Shown: positions 1-15,478, counted from the first letter of the whole stretch. The stretch is DNA of 52,377 bases, filler included, from Circinaria calcarea (GCA_051942165.1; 2 parts of 2 records of this genome joined end to end with filler, not necessarily neighbours in it), one strand, 5' to 3'. The notes: generated by a model from the letters alone, not told the origin. Numbers and translations: made by a program.

Positions 1-42
1 CCGAGAAAGGTCTAGGTCTCTCAACTGTCTTTCGAAGCAGCC

Positions 43-1125
43 ATGGTGGCGGTGGATGGGGTATCGGCAGTGGGCATCGGTATAGTTGGGTAAGTTTTCC
101 TTCCCCATTCATCCTGGAGTATGAGTGATGCTGAGGTCAGAGGTTGAGGTCAGAGGTTGAGGTCAGAGAGGAGGCGTTTGGATGGCGCTTGGATGAGCAT
201 CGGCATTGGCCACCGGTTCCACGTTTGCATTTACACCTTCAACGGATTCCCTACCGCCACGCCACGGCAGCAACGGCTCGATACGGTAACGCACCACACG
301 CGAACGTAATCAAATGCTGTAGACAGTTGTTTCCTGGGAAAGCGTTTGATGCAATTAAATATTTTGGTATTCTCGGAAGATTTTTATCAATTTCAACTGG
401 ATGTTATTTCTATACAGGTCAAGTATCAGCTTTCGCCTGGTTTGTGGGGGGGCCGATCAAAGCAATTGGCGTACGAGGTCCGAGATGCGCTCGGTACGAA
501 TTGAGAAGAGAATTGGGATATGGAGAGACCTCCTTTAGAAAAATATAGCAGTCGAACGATATCTTAAATACACGCGGCAACATTTGCTCGATACATTTGA
601 CGCTTTATGGAAAGAAGAGGAGTTCTTCGAGAAAGTTTCTAATGCAGATTTCCCATTGCTAACAAAACCAAGGCGCAAATCAAAGCGTTTGACCGTAGAC
701 CTTGATGCAGACTCGGATGGATCATTGGATGAAGGATGTGTTGGTGGCGAAGCCTTCGCTCAAGGGGAAGGGGGTGATGATGAAGCCTTCACCCAAGATG
801 AAAAAAGTATAGACAACGGGGAGGAGCGGATGGAGATGGACGAAGGGCAGGTAGACTATGGGTACGGGCGCTGGCTAAGGTGGGGATGTCATGAATGGCA
901 ACGATGAAGATGATGCTGCGGAATGAATCTCGGATGCGGGTATATGAAGAAATGAACAACTCACCGCTGCTTGAGGGAGGTGGAAGGATACGGCTGTATG
1001 AAGAGATTTGGTCTATTATGTTGTCGCTGATGAGAAATTGGATGGACTCGAGGGGGAAAATTGATGCACTACCTGACAAGGCCTATTTTGAGGCCAAATT
1101 TGCCCGAGGTGTGGACAGGCCTTGA
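43..1125 (+). pseudogene. Possible degraded or fragmentary coding region of unknown function
   Basis: ATG at 43, a GTAAGT donor at ~90, and three short consecutive + strand ORFs (144-548, 584-907 acidic, 895-1125) that I could not join into one clean spliced frame. No recognisable domain. Confidence 0.25.
135..169. repeat. 13-bp tandem repeat (GAGGTCAGAGGTT, ~2.7 copies)
   Basis: Read directly: gaggtcagaggtt gaggtcagaggtt gaggtcaga. Confidence 0.8.
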
Positions 1126-1447
1126 TGTTTGATTGGAAGGCAAGGGGTACTTTCGTTCATTTGAGAGACTTTCTTTGATTGCTGCTGTTTATGGATTATT
1201 GGAAGCTTTGCCGGTAGTTTCGTGCCTTTGAAGTATCGGGAGCATTCGGTATATTGTGTGGCGAGTCCTAGTCTTGTTAGGGGCAATACCCTCGCATATC
1301 AATCTTATTCCAAAACGAACGCCATTTTTGGGATCCCTCGAGCCTCAAAACAACTTTGAAAATCAACGAATCAAATGTAGCAGCTCGCATTGCCCAAACT
1401 CCAACGTCCATGCTCTTTATACAGTATCAAATCCCCTTCCTTCCCCC

Positions 1448-2001
1448 TCACCTCTCACTCATCCCTCTCTCAACCCTATTCAACTTATTCGCCGTCGCAT
1501 TCTGTCACCCCGCCGCACCATATTAGCCCAACTCCTCCCTTCCCAAACGCCCCCTTAGAAACACATACCTGCGTCCTCGTTTTCTGCCCCCTCACCGGCA
1601 ACCCTTGCGCGTGCCTCCTCCCCCGATACGCGCCCATATCCCTGAGCCGGCGGATATTGTCGCGCACCTCCCTCCGCAGGTCGTTTTCAATGTGCATGCC
1701 CGAGAGCTCGGCCGTGAGGTCAAAGATCTGCTTGTTGGCGAGGGAGCCGACTTTGGCCATCGGGTGGATGTGGAAGCGGGCCATGATGCGCTGCGAGTGT
1801 TGGGGCCCGATACCGTAGAAGGTTTCGAGGGCGCTCTGGAGGGAGTTAGTTTGGAGGGAGCTTCGTTTTGGAGGGAGGGGGGAGGAAAGGAGGGACACAC
1901 GCGTACGAGACGGGTTTCGAGGAAGTTGACGTTCAGGATGAAGACCTGCAATGGATTGGTTAGTAGTACAGTTTCGGCAGACAGATGAGGGCATTTACCA
2001 T
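1448..2001 (-). CDS. SWS2: Mitochondrial small-subunit ribosomal protein S13 (uS13m, Sws2-like), 4 exons
   Basis: Spliced product M|VFILNVNFLETRLVR|SALETFYGIGPQHSQRIMARF...IENDLRR...YRGRRHAQGLPVRGQKTRTQ|NATANKLNRVERGMSER*. Contains the S13 signature GLPVRGQxTRT. The first exon is the ATG alone (1999-2001). Confidence 0.93.
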
Positions 2002-2267
2002 TTTGAGGCGTTCTGGTAGTATTCCTATGATTTAGACATTGAATGGGTGTACAAAGTATCAATGGTGCATTGACGTTATTGCTTCCCAGGAACTGTAATC
2101 TAGGTAGGTAAGTTTTGCCGAGAAACTCCTTCTCGTTTCGGTCAAATTGGAACCGAGGGGGTCCCCTCTGTGCATTGGCGCTCTCTCCTGCCATTGTCTG
2201 GACTTCAGGACAACCTGTCAACATCTTCTACTCCTGACTCTCTCAAACAATTTGAATGTCCTTCACC

Positions 2268-3059
2268 ATGGCGAATCTTCAGCGTATAGTTATATCATTG
2301 CTACTCATCCTCACTGCGACATTCCTCTTCTTCGCTCAAACATCGCAAGCCGTCAAAGGGCCCAAGATTACCAAAAAGGTACGAATGCTACAGTACTTTA
2401 CATTCGATGTCTGCCTCTGAACAGCTGCCAGGTCTACTTCGATATCACCCATGGCGATGAGAGCTTGGGCAGAGTAGTCATTGGCCTCTACGGCAAGACT
2501 GTCCCCGACACGGCAGAGAACTTCCGTGCTCTCTGTACCGGAGAGAAAGGCTTTGGATATGAAGGTTCCACCTTCCATCGTGTGATCAAGGCCTTTATGA
2601 TCCAAGGCGGTGACTTCACCAACGGTGACGGTGGGTTGATAGTCTTCTACCTGATTTAATAGCTATGTTCCTAACCGAACAATCTTCTAGGAACTGGCGG
2701 AAAGTCTATTTACGGCGCAAAGTTCAAGGATGAAAACTTCAAGCTGAAGCATAGTAAGAAGGGCATGTTGAGCATGGCCAACTCCGGAAAGGACACCAAC
2801 GGCTCCCAGTTCTTCATCACCACCGCCATCACCTCGTATGTCTTCCAACTTTAGCTACGGCGGAGATGGTTTGCTGACAATTGATCGTAGATGGCTTGAT
2901 GGCAAGCATGTGGTCTTCGGCGAGGTACTTGAGGGTTACGACATTGTCGAAAAGATTGAGAATGTGCCCAAGGCCAACGACAAACCGGTCAAGCCCGTGA
3001 AGATTGCCAAGAGTGGGGAGCTGAAGATGGAAGAAGAAGGTATCCGCGCGGAACTCTAG
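2268..3059 (+). CDS. cypB: Cyclophilin B (secretory-pathway peptidyl-prolyl cis-trans isomerase), soluble isoform ending RAEL
   Basis: Signal peptide [28 protein letters not shown]. Motifs [34 protein letters not shown] and [12 protein letters not shown]. Three canonical introns. C-terminal HDEL-like RAEL. Confidence 0.95.
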
Positions 3060-3133
3060 ATCAGCCATCCTCTACACTTGACAGCGTCCGTCGTGAAGGT
3101 GCGGAAATGCTGATACTTCACTTTTCATATAAG

Positions 3134-3363
3134 ATCTTGTCGGATCGGCCGTCCCTGCTGTTGAAAGTGATGAGCTCGGCGAGACCCTATCGGAGAAGCC
3201 AAAGGAGCCAGAGCATGTAACCTTGGTGACTTCTCCGCCGGATAGCAACGAAGGCCTGAACATGTTGCAAAAGCTAACGTTCTTGGGGGTGATCCTTGGT
3301 ATCGTGGCTATGTTTCTAAAGTCACGTAAAGGTCCCGTACTCGTGGAGAAAAGTCTTGCTTAA
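3134..3363 (+). CDS. cypB: Alternative terminal exon of cyclophilin B encoding a linker, a transmembrane helix and a short basic tail
   Basis: Donor G|GTATCC at 3040, branch-like GCTGAT at ~3109, acceptor AAG at 3131-3133. In-frame open exon DLVGSAVPAVESDELGE...LNMLQKLTFLGVILGIVAMFLKSRKGPVLVEKSLA*. Confidence 0.7.
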
Positions 3364-4054
3364 TAGATATATCTATAGAAGAAAAATGACTCTCTCTGCG
3401 TTCGCAGTCCTAGGGATTTGATGTTTGTGAAGTAGCCCGCTGCGTAGTTGTCCATCGCAAAGACGGTCATGAAGACCAATCTGTCCAATCTGGGGCTGTG
3501 AGCCGGCCGTGACGTTAATACTCGTATAACTTGCTAAAGCAACCAACATCAATACAGTATAAAAGCCGGCGTCTTGATGATGAGAAACGGTTCACTTGTA
3601 TTTTGAATTCCATTTCATTTGCATTTCAGTTGCGATGGACTCGGGACGTCCGTTCACTTTGTTTCACGGGGGCAATCCGGTCCGAGATGCTGCCCAGCGA
3701 TCACGATCTTGCGGCGGGTCGAAAATGGAAGTGTAGCCGAAGAAAACCCCATCTTAGTTCCGGCGTGAAATTTTGCTGCGTCCAACAAAAATACATCCTC
3801 CTTGACTTCCACCTCAGTCACACCCACTGCCAACCCGACCCTGCGTTCTCACTTGACGCAGTTCCTTCTCCTGCATTCTCCTACTCGAGCCTTCTCTTGC
3901 ACTCACAGGAAGGCTTTGGTAGATCAGATCGTCAGCCTAATCACCCTGATCCCTTGACTTTTACGGCGGCTTTGCGTTCAACAAAAGTGTCATCGCTCAG
4001 GTCGATACGATATCTGTCGCTCATACGATTCCAAACTCTTCTTCTCAACACACG

Positions 4055-4148
4055 GTGAGTGTAGACTGTGGCAGAGAAGTCTTCGCTGGACTCTCGATGT
4101 TCATGTCGGTATCTGGTGATCGTTAACTAATGCATTCCTGTCATCTAG
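4055..4148 (+). other. Probable 5' UTR intron of DED1
   Basis: GTGAGT donor, ACTAAT branch point and TAG acceptor, ending 47 nt before the DED1 ATG. Confidence 0.6.
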
Positions 4149-4195
4149 ACTACACACCAACGAATAAACCTTCAATATAACAAACCACCATCAAC

Positions 4196-6395
<2,200 letters not shown>

Positions 6396-7712
6396 ATATC
6401 GCCTACCTTCGCTGTCTCGTTTCCTCTAATCGCTTTGAATCTGGGATCGTTCTACCAGGATAAATTCAACAGGGGATCCACGACACCTAACGAACGGCTT
6501 TTAACGAGCTTTGCCACGGCTTTCTCACACAACTTCTTCAATCATTGCATGCGTTCTTTTCCTTCGAAATCGCCATGTGCCCGACACGATACCACTTCGT
6601 CCTTGTTCAGCGCTGGTCACCCATGAGACAGATCCGTCTTCTTTGGTGGAGCTCTTAAACATAGATAGCGTTGACTTTTGTCTGCCGATACTGACGCGAT
6701 CCAAGCCGTCTGCTTGACCTACTTTAGGTCTATGACAGAACATGATACGAGCTTATACCCCGCTTGTTTGGATGGTTGGAATTGCACATCAACGCACCAA
6801 GTGCAAAGCTACAGGGGCGTTGCATCAAGTGATCTGCAACCCGATTTCGATTTTACCGGTCGATAGATTTCTCTGATTTTCTTCTGCGAAATGTGCTCTC
6901 CTCTCTTCTAAAAGCTATTTGCGGTCCACTATTGTGGCTAATCAGCGCTCAGACAGACTCGTCCGCGTTCTGCAGACGGTCTGATGACTATGGTCCAAAG
7001 TATCCAGGGGTGCGCGGCTATAGCTGAATGATGGCGTTTTCCAACGGGCATACGCCGGTCATCTTGAGCGCGCATGAGTGCTTGGCGCATCTACAAGAGT
7101 ACTCGGAGATTTATCTTCTGTCTCAGGATTGCTCGGTATTTGAGCGAGGCACTTGGGCGGTATGGATCATCCCAGTAGTGGAGGGCTGCAACAGAAATGC
7201 AGTTGCTGCGGGATGAAGGCTACTTCGGTAGAAGGCACCCAGATAGCATCAATTCTAAACAGGATTCAAGAATATTCCAAGTGTCTGCAACTTAAACACC
7301 TTGATCTGTAGTTCTCCACGGTATGATGAAAGCATAAAGCCCGATTGCGTAACGTAGGCAATGTTAGATTTTCGTGGGTGTGGCGTTTCATATTGTAGAA
7401 TTAACCTGCACGTGCCAGGTCCAAGAGCGACGACAGCGCCTCCAAGTTCACATCTCCAATTTCTCTCCGTTCCCCCGGTGAAGGACTCTTCACAGGTAGG
7501 GACACTCGGAACCTGCCCTCACAGAGTTCCCATGTCGAGTACTGCAACAATGACATGCGCTTGTTGGATCAGTTGACAATGCTGCATTCCATCCACAGGT
7601 GAACTCGGGGCGCCAGCAGTGAGCATTGTGCCCGAGATTTATATACCAACTATACTAAGTAAACTTATCCAAAGTGAACTTCGAAATAGGCCGCAGACAG
7701 TCCGTACCGCAA

Positions 7713-10000
7713 ATGCCGTCTCCTATACGGACCGAGGAGCCAGATCCAAGGCAGAGCTTACAGCATGTACTGGCTGCTTCCGATGCCTCCGACGTCCCCT
7801 CGCGTCAGACACTACCGTCACCTTCAATCCCCCACTCGCCTGTGAAAAGGTCCACAATATGGATACAGGAAGCGGGCAAAGAGGAAGGGGAGGATGAGCG
7901 TAGTGTTCAGAACGACTCGTACACGAGAGCAGCAGACATCAACCCCTCTCACACCATGACGGTCGCTCATAGCCGGCGAAACGCAAACGGTACCATTGGC
8001 TCTGTGTATTCTGGTAACAAGATTAGGCATCTCAAGAAGGAAGATGGTATCCCTCTCTGGCGCAAGGATATCCAGTTCTCCTTCCTTCGAGCAGTCTTCG
8101 AGGACAAGACCCCGGTTTTCACTAGGGTTTCGGACGGAACAACTGGCCATAATTTTGCGGACATATATATCCATGCTATGGCGAAAAGTACTAAGACGAG
8201 CAAAATACTCCGGGAAAAACTCTTGACAGAACACGAGGCTGCGGCGAACATGGCAATGGTGTGCCTTCTCGTCAACGTGGGCAGGATGAATACCACTCTC
8301 AACTGTTGGTACTTCTGATTGCTATTAGGACTAATGTGCTAATGGCTATCGCCAGTCTTCCCCGAAATGCGAGCTCAGCTGCGAACATATCACTCCATCC
8401 CTTGCCTTCAAGCCCATCAAGATCCTAATGCGTACAAACAATTGCAAGACGCTCCTCGTCTTAAGTCTATTCTTAAAGGTGCCTGTGAAGATCCCGATCA
8501 ACCGACAACAATTGAAAAGATCCAGGCTCTTCCGATACCTCGTACGAATCCTGTCAATCTAATTTTCGTTCTCTCCCAGTACGCTCCCAAAATTTCTGAA
8601 ACACATTTCACTCAACCTCGAGATTTTTTTGACTTGGTCATCCGAAGTACTCTGAGCAGCCGCAGTAGAGCCAAAGCGTTTCTGTGGCTTGTCTGGTGGT
8701 ACCTCGAGAGTGACTTTTCCAGAAAAGACGCGCTGAATAACCCCTTTGGCCCAGGGCAATGTGGTGAAGGCACCGGCGATATGCCATTGAAAGTACCCTC
8801 TTTTGAGCATTTAACCGAAGAGCAGGCCAACGCCGAAAATGTTGACACAGAAGAAGAGAAGGCTTACGGCGAAATGAAGAGATTGGAGCGAAAGCGTATC
8901 CTGGAGGAGGATGAGACCGTGGGACCGCCAATGAAGAAGCATATGAAGGGTATGTAATCCAAACTTTTGATTTTCATCAAACATTAAAGGAAATTGCTTA
9001 CCTATCTTGTGCCTTACCAGGATTAGGTGAAAATGGGGTGGAAGAAAAATCAATAGATTCCCCTGGTCGAGGAGTGTTGCAATCTGATACTGACCGTACG
9101 CGTTCACCCTCGCCAACCGCCACAAACTCCTGGTTGTCAAAACCCCCAAACCGTGCGACCGGACCTCCGCTAAAGTTCACCGGCTTCCGTAATGAAAACA
9201 TTCAGTCCACAACACGCCCTGACTTTGAGAAACAGCAGCCCACAGCACGCCTAATCCTAAAGACTAAAATAGAAAACGCGCCCGATTCTTCATCTCCTGC
9301 ACCTCCTGGCTCTGCACAACACCCTGTTCTTCATCCACGTTTAACCTACGGCTTCCACCATCGACGGTCGCGTCCGGAGACCTCTCACCAGAAAGCAGTA
9401 AATATCAATCGAAAAATGCGGATTGAAAACATCATCCACAAGAAACTTGTCACCGAGCAGAAGCGCGTTCGCAGAGAGAAAAGACAAGAGACTAGCACAT
9501 ATGGATTTCGAGCAATGTCTCGCATCATTGATCTTCCAGAAGATTACGATACAGAGGATGAGGGCTCATGGGGTCCTGGTGGTTTAGTTCCAAACCCTAA
9601 CGAGCGAGAAGATTATGGAGGAGAAGCTCTACGACACAAAAAGGTCGTGGACCGAGCGATAAGAAGACTTGCGAGGGAAGGACAAACCGGCTCGCTCACT
9701 GGCCTCGGCCAAAGCCTGAATCCACGCAAGAGGAAAAGTAGGGAGTACGACGATAATGACAGACGAGAAGGGAACCGCAACCAGAAGCGCAGCAAGAGCT
9801 CTGGGGGTCAAGGACTACGGCCCACGGGAGAATGTCAGGACAGAGGGAGCCAAGAGGACGGATTGGACGATCTGGACTTGGATTTGCTGGGGGAAAGTCG
9901 AGACGAACACGGCGAGGAGGAGATGGACGATGAGAGTGCGGCTGATGACACGGAGGAAGGGGATGACGAGACGGAAGAAGACGTTAGGGAGGATGCTTGA
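7713..10000 (+). CDS. IES1: INO80 chromatin-remodelling complex subunit Ies1
   Basis: Motifs IRHLKKEDGIPLWRKDIQ, LLVNVGRMNTTLN, MRAQLRTYHSIP and LQDAPRLKSILK. Three exons matching ORFs 7674-8318, 8367-8957 and 9038-10000. Acidic tail. Start codon choice uncertain. Confidence 0.88.
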
Positions 10001-11269
10001 TTCGGGGCTCTCGGGCGGCGGTTACTTACTTGGTGCTTTGCAGGCTCTTGAAGGGTAGGGCATGTATGTGGCTAGGGCTATTGGCTTTGGATTATACCCA
10101 TGAGAGCGTTTGAGGGTTTTGGAATGAGCGATGCATGGAGGGCTGTATATCAAGGAAGGACTCTTGCGAAGGTGATAGATACTCTTTTTCTGGGTCTTTC
10201 ACATCCGATCATTCTTCCTCGAGTGTGTTGCAGGTACTGGACAGGAGGACCATCAAAGGGAGGCAGCACGGCTGGCTACTTACTCACTCTCTGTATGATA
10301 ATCACACTGAGGGCTTTCTGGAGGGAGACCTTTTGTGCTTTTTAGATAAATCTTTCTCTGGCTCTCACGAGTAATCGTCTTCTACCGACCGCTCTGCAAG
10401 GGCTGTAAGTTATATTCCCTAGGTCCCTCGTCCTATCCTATCCGATCCCATCCTACCCACTCCACTCCGCCTGCTCGGCTCCATTTGCTCCGCTCGGCTC
10501 GGCTGTTCTCTTCTAACCTACGTATTGCCTCTTCCACCGTTACATACACCCACCCTAAGCAAAAAGCCTCGCTCCATTCATTATCAAAAATACCACCCCT
10601 TGCCTTTCCCTTTCCCTTCTACTCACGTTCTTCTGATTCCCATCCCATCCTAAGGGAGAATTTTGAGAATACGTAGAACTTATTTCTGGAAAGCAGCGGG
10701 GGATTTGTTCGATGATGATCCCCAAGAGCTTTAACGCCTACAGAGCTGCATATTTAAATCCATATCTTTAATAGAACGGCCGCTCCCTTAAAATAGAAAC
10801 CAATGGAAAGGTAAACTTCATTTTCGTTATAAAGGAGGCACGCGCTTGATAAAAAGGTTGGTAACTTGGACCGGGATTACTCGCTAAATATTAAGTTTTG
10901 GGAAATGTTTCTAGTAGTTTACTGTTTACATGTCCACTTGAAAGGTAAGCTTTGCTATCCCTTAAGTTGTTGCTCAGGCAGCCCGAACCCTACGTTCCTT
11001 AGATACAGGGTTGGGATTGGTCAAGCTAGACTGGCATGTTTAAGGTCGCACATTTTCATCGAGTACGCTTAAAGGCCGCGGTAGTCAATACTGTTACACA
11101 ATATACGGCAAGGTGGACAGCCTGATGATAACAAGCGCTATCGGCCTGAGTTCTTCGGAACGGGGAACGCCTCATTAGAGTATTATAACGGAGTAGCTTG
11201 TCGATGACAACGACACTGCATAGCAACAACTGCTTTGGCATCCAGTATTCTCTAGCGTTCATTTGTATC

Positions 11270-14200
11270 ATGGCTGACCCCGTTTCGGCTGCAGGAACCG
11301 CCGTTGGAGTTGTTTCCGTTGGTATACAGGTCTGTCAAGGCCTGCTATCCTACTACGCAGCCTGGAAGTCATACAGCGGCGACATCACCCATTTGTACAG
11401 TAAGATTGATGGGTTCAAATCCACGCTCGAGAATCTCGAGACAACGTTGCAGACACTCAGTCCTCAAAGTACATCAGCTACTCAGAATGTCATCGAAAAA
11501 ATCGCTTCCTGTCAAAACGCGATAGAGAAGCTGAGGGAAATCCTAGGGAAATGTCGTTCTATCAATGTGCCACAAGGAATAAGAGGAAAGGTTAAAATGC
11601 ATGGCGAAAACGCTTTATATCCGCTCAGGAAAGGAATCTTGCAAGGCTTGAAAACGACTATAGCAGATTTGCAAGATAATCTTGATAGCGCTCTTCAAAC
11701 GCTCACATTGTAAGTAGACTGGTCACCTCAAAAAGGCTTAAATTGCTGATTGTAGTCATCCAGGGATATAATGGCTAACCAGGGTCAAACTCTAACCTCA
11801 CTGACATCAACTTCAGCAAAAGCAGAGACGGAGGTGAGAGATGTCCTGCAAAGAGTTCAAAACGTGGACGTGAAGGTCGATACTGTCAATCGCATATTAC
11901 CGGATATCCAGCAGAAGACAACTCAGACCTTGCTGGATACTGCTCATATTGATAATAGTGTACACAACGTCCACCGAGACCTGAAGATCCTTCAAGGAGA
12001 CGTTATGGGATTGCTACCAAATATAGAGACCCAAATCGATAAGGTCCCCCACCGCGTAGAAACGAACATCGTGTTAAAGCTAGAAGACCACGGTCGTCGT
12101 CTCTTCGACATGATGCAAAATATAGAACGCTCTTCACTGCAACATACCGCAGAGATAAAGAGTCTTGTAAGTATTTCCTCGTATGGTTCGAACCTGATAG
12201 ACCTTCCTCGCTGAGTTTATTACAGAATGATTCAGTTAAGGGTATCCAGAGCGGCTTAATTCAAAAACCCGACTTTCTTCGCTTGGTCTGTAACGAGGCG
12301 GATCGCATCGCCGCTAAAAACGAGCTCCCGGATACGGTTTCATGTGCGTTTTCTATGCTGGATTTTTCTGCATCCTACAGAAGAGCAACCCGTCGGCGAT
12401 GCACTTGTCGACCTCATGTTAATAGATGGTACCTTCGGCCGAATTGGGGACTGAATATTCATTCTACGCGATTAAGTCACCACGAGAATTGCCCACGGTT
12501 TCGCTCCCGGACTTCAAATGCAGTAGGATTACGATTCTCCTATTGTGGGTATCTGTTAGCGCGGACAATACAGGCTTCGATATGCTATACGAAAGGAGCA
12601 GGGGGTCTCTCTCTGAGCACAACCTTGAGCTTTAGCACTGTGGTACCCGATGACTCGCCGGCATTTGCACTATTCGAACGGCGCTCCTTGATAAGTGAAA
12701 TTACCCCCCAAGACGCGTCTGACATCTTCGATAAGAAGATAGAAAGTTTACGTCGCCTTTTTCAGGAACAAAGGGCCTCGCCTTATGACGTTAATCGATA
12801 TAACGGCCACACCCTTCTACATGTACGTAATTTCGTCACTGTTTAGTTAGTCAGGATCACTAACAGTGTAGTCGTAGAGAGCTATCATACTATGTATCGA
12901 GCTTTTAGAGAAGGAAGAAAATGTTGAGATAATTTATCGCTTTCTACAAAACATCCGTAATCTTGGCATTCCTTGGAACAAGACAGACTGTTATGGAGTG
13001 TTAGTTATCTCCTATAAATAACCATTACACTTAAGTGGATTAATTATGTTAGGACCTGCCTTGATCAATTGCTCACTTACTTACCGACAAAACCGACCTT
13101 TTCGCCAATTTCGAGCTTTATAGCATTATTCCTAAGGTTGCTGGATAGCGGTGCTCAATTTGAGCGGGGGCTTATATGGAATTCCCTGAATTATCAATCT
13201 CCATACGCTACTCCTCTGCTCGCTCAAGTTCCAGATTATGCGGAAGGTACAATTTTAATCTTTAGACTGGTAGAACTTCTTGATAATAATAAGCAGTGAT
13301 ACATTGCAACGATATAAGCTTAGCGGTACTCAACCAATCAGAATCCCAGCTTAGAAAGATAATCACAAGGTTACCTCAATTGATTAATGATGCCAACGAT
13401 TATGGACAGACTCCTCTTCATTTATCTATAGGCTGGGCAGCTGGAATCAAGATACTTATTGAAGCTGGAGTCAATGTTGACCAGAAGGATCACTCTGGGC
13501 GCTCGCCAATTGTGTATGCTTGCTTGGCATCAGATTTGGAAGCACTAGGGCTCCTCGGACAAGCTGACTGTGCGTTACATACTGATAATGCTTTCAACAA
13601 TCCTTTGCGTTCCGCAATCGACATGTATGAGCATCCTCACGGTGCCGTAGAGCAGGTCGTGGGCGCTGTGACAGCGCTGCTGGCTAATAGGCGACAACGA
13701 CTTCAAGCCCTGCTCTGCACATATCTGCATTTGGATAAACTAGATCAGTTTCATCTGTCCCAAGATCAAATACTTGACGGATATGCCGTCGCGGCATTTC
13801 AGTATCTGACTGATCATGAAATTACCGTCCCTGCAGCCTTATGTCCCGGGACTTTCCGAGCTTCAGTTTATCACACGCCTGGTCTTGACTGGAGAACCTC
13901 AGAAAGTCTCTGGAATGCCGGCTTTCGCGACGTCGATGGTTTTAATGATAGAGGGCTGACACCTCTTATGAGTCAATGGATCAATGGATTCGAGTCCTTC
14001 GAAACTTATATAGAGCTTATGCTCTGGTTTGTGGCCAAAGGAGCAAGGATTCGCACCAAACAAATCAAACGGATTCTGGATCAAAACTCAGAAATTCATG
14101 GAAGGGATTACTCTCTTTTATCTGAAATGGGTACAACGGCTTTGCATTGGATTGCAATGCATATCTCGCTGATGATTAATCGGGAAATTTCTCATAGGAG

Positions 14201-14906
14201 TTCAAAGTTGGACCTCCGTACACTTTGGGAACAATTCAGCAGCCAGGTGTCCAATTTCAGCGAGACAGCAAAGCATTTTTTGGAGAGTCTTTTTACTGAT
14301 CAAACCCAAGATCGCTGCCACTGCTCTTGTTCACAACAAGGTTGCCGACCATCTACTATAGCTCTGAAATCACCACTTTATAACAATCTGTTGGAAGTAT
14401 TGAGCATAGACCCCCTATGCAACACATGCCTCGGTAAGCCCTATGACTTCCAACACAATCTGCGACGTGGATCTCACGATTTCTTGCACCACCAAGTCCG
14501 AAGCGAAGTCCGAAGAGTGTGGATAAGCACATTCTTAACTCAAGTAATTGGAACATCGGAAGAGGTTTCTCCGCAGCTGTTCATGGATCTCGTACGCCTC
14601 CTGACGTTCGAGGAACTCGACTTAACGCACACTTGCTGCCGAGTGAGTAATAATAGCATACAGGAGCCGCTTGACATAACCGATATCCACGAGATTCATG
14701 ATGAGGAGACAGTACTCCTCACCAAGCTCGAAGCCTTGGTCCTAGAATTTCAAGAGAAGAAAAGTGAGCTGAACGTTTCCATCATCGAGTTCCTGGAAGG
14801 ATACTGGGAGACGCGCATGAAAGAGGTATTGAAGGAACCGGGATACTTGAACGAGGAAGAATTGCAACGGATTGGTGTTGTGGTGCATAATGTGGCAGAT
14901 GAATAG
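11270..14906 (+). CDS. HeLo-like (fungal STAND N-terminal type) domain + coiled coil + Cys-rich motifs + ankyrin-repeat protein, ~6 exons
   Basis: N-terminus MADPVSAAGTAVGVVSVGIQVCQGLLSYY is typical of HeLo-like/SesA-like domains. Ankyrin motifs NDYGQTPLHLS, DHSGRSPIVYA, NDRGLTPL and GTTALHWIA. Cys clusters CTC..HHENCP, CHCSCSQQGC and LTFEELDLTHTCC. Five introns splice in frame. No Walker A seen. Confidence 0.75.
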
Positions 14907-15241
14907 GAGTCTGTGGGAGAGTGTAAAGGTGAACTAGGGTCTGCGGAAGGGGGAGAAAATACGCTGCAGTCTGTGGAAAAGAGAGAACATGCGGTTGACT
15001 ACCGATTTTTCGACGTTGCATGAAAATATGCCAAGGGAGGGAGAGGAGCTTGCACTATCTGCTTTTGCTCTTAATATCATAAAAAAGGTTAAATGCAATT
15101 GCTCTAAACCAGATATCGAATTTAAATGCCAAACCCAGCCTAAAATAATCTTATACACAATTTCCAGCTTAAGATAACCACAGGGCGTAGCCATAGCCGT
15201 GAAACCCGGCTTCTCGAAACTAGCCGAAATTATATATAGAA

Positions 15242-15478
15242 AGTAACGGGGAAACAGCGCTAATTGGGCAAGGCACGCATCGTACTTGATATCTCAGCAG
15301 CGATTCCCGCTTCTATTCTTCATACAATTCATATACGACTTACACACGCACTCTATATACACGACATATACACAGCATTTTACACACTATTCCTCCATAG
15401 CATTCATTCATTCATACATACATACATTCCGATCACACCGTGCAGCCTATTGAAGACGTAGCGCCCCTCTCTATAATA
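15242..15478. mobile_element. Possible degenerate solo LTR
   Basis: About 237 bp beginning aGTAACGGGG (TGTAAC-like) and ending CCCCTCTCTATAATA (transition-mutated TGTAACA-like), with an internal CA/TA-rich tract. No target-site duplication seen. Confidence 0.3.

Noticed and set aside
3531..4058. 175-aa ORF upstream of DED1
   Set aside because: Non-ATG start, spans the promoter and 5' UTR, and has no protein-like features.
10982..11029. AACCCT..AGGGTT hairpin followed by CTAG as a Helitron 3' end
   Set aside because: Short stem, long loop, and no 5' end or Rep/helicase remnants.
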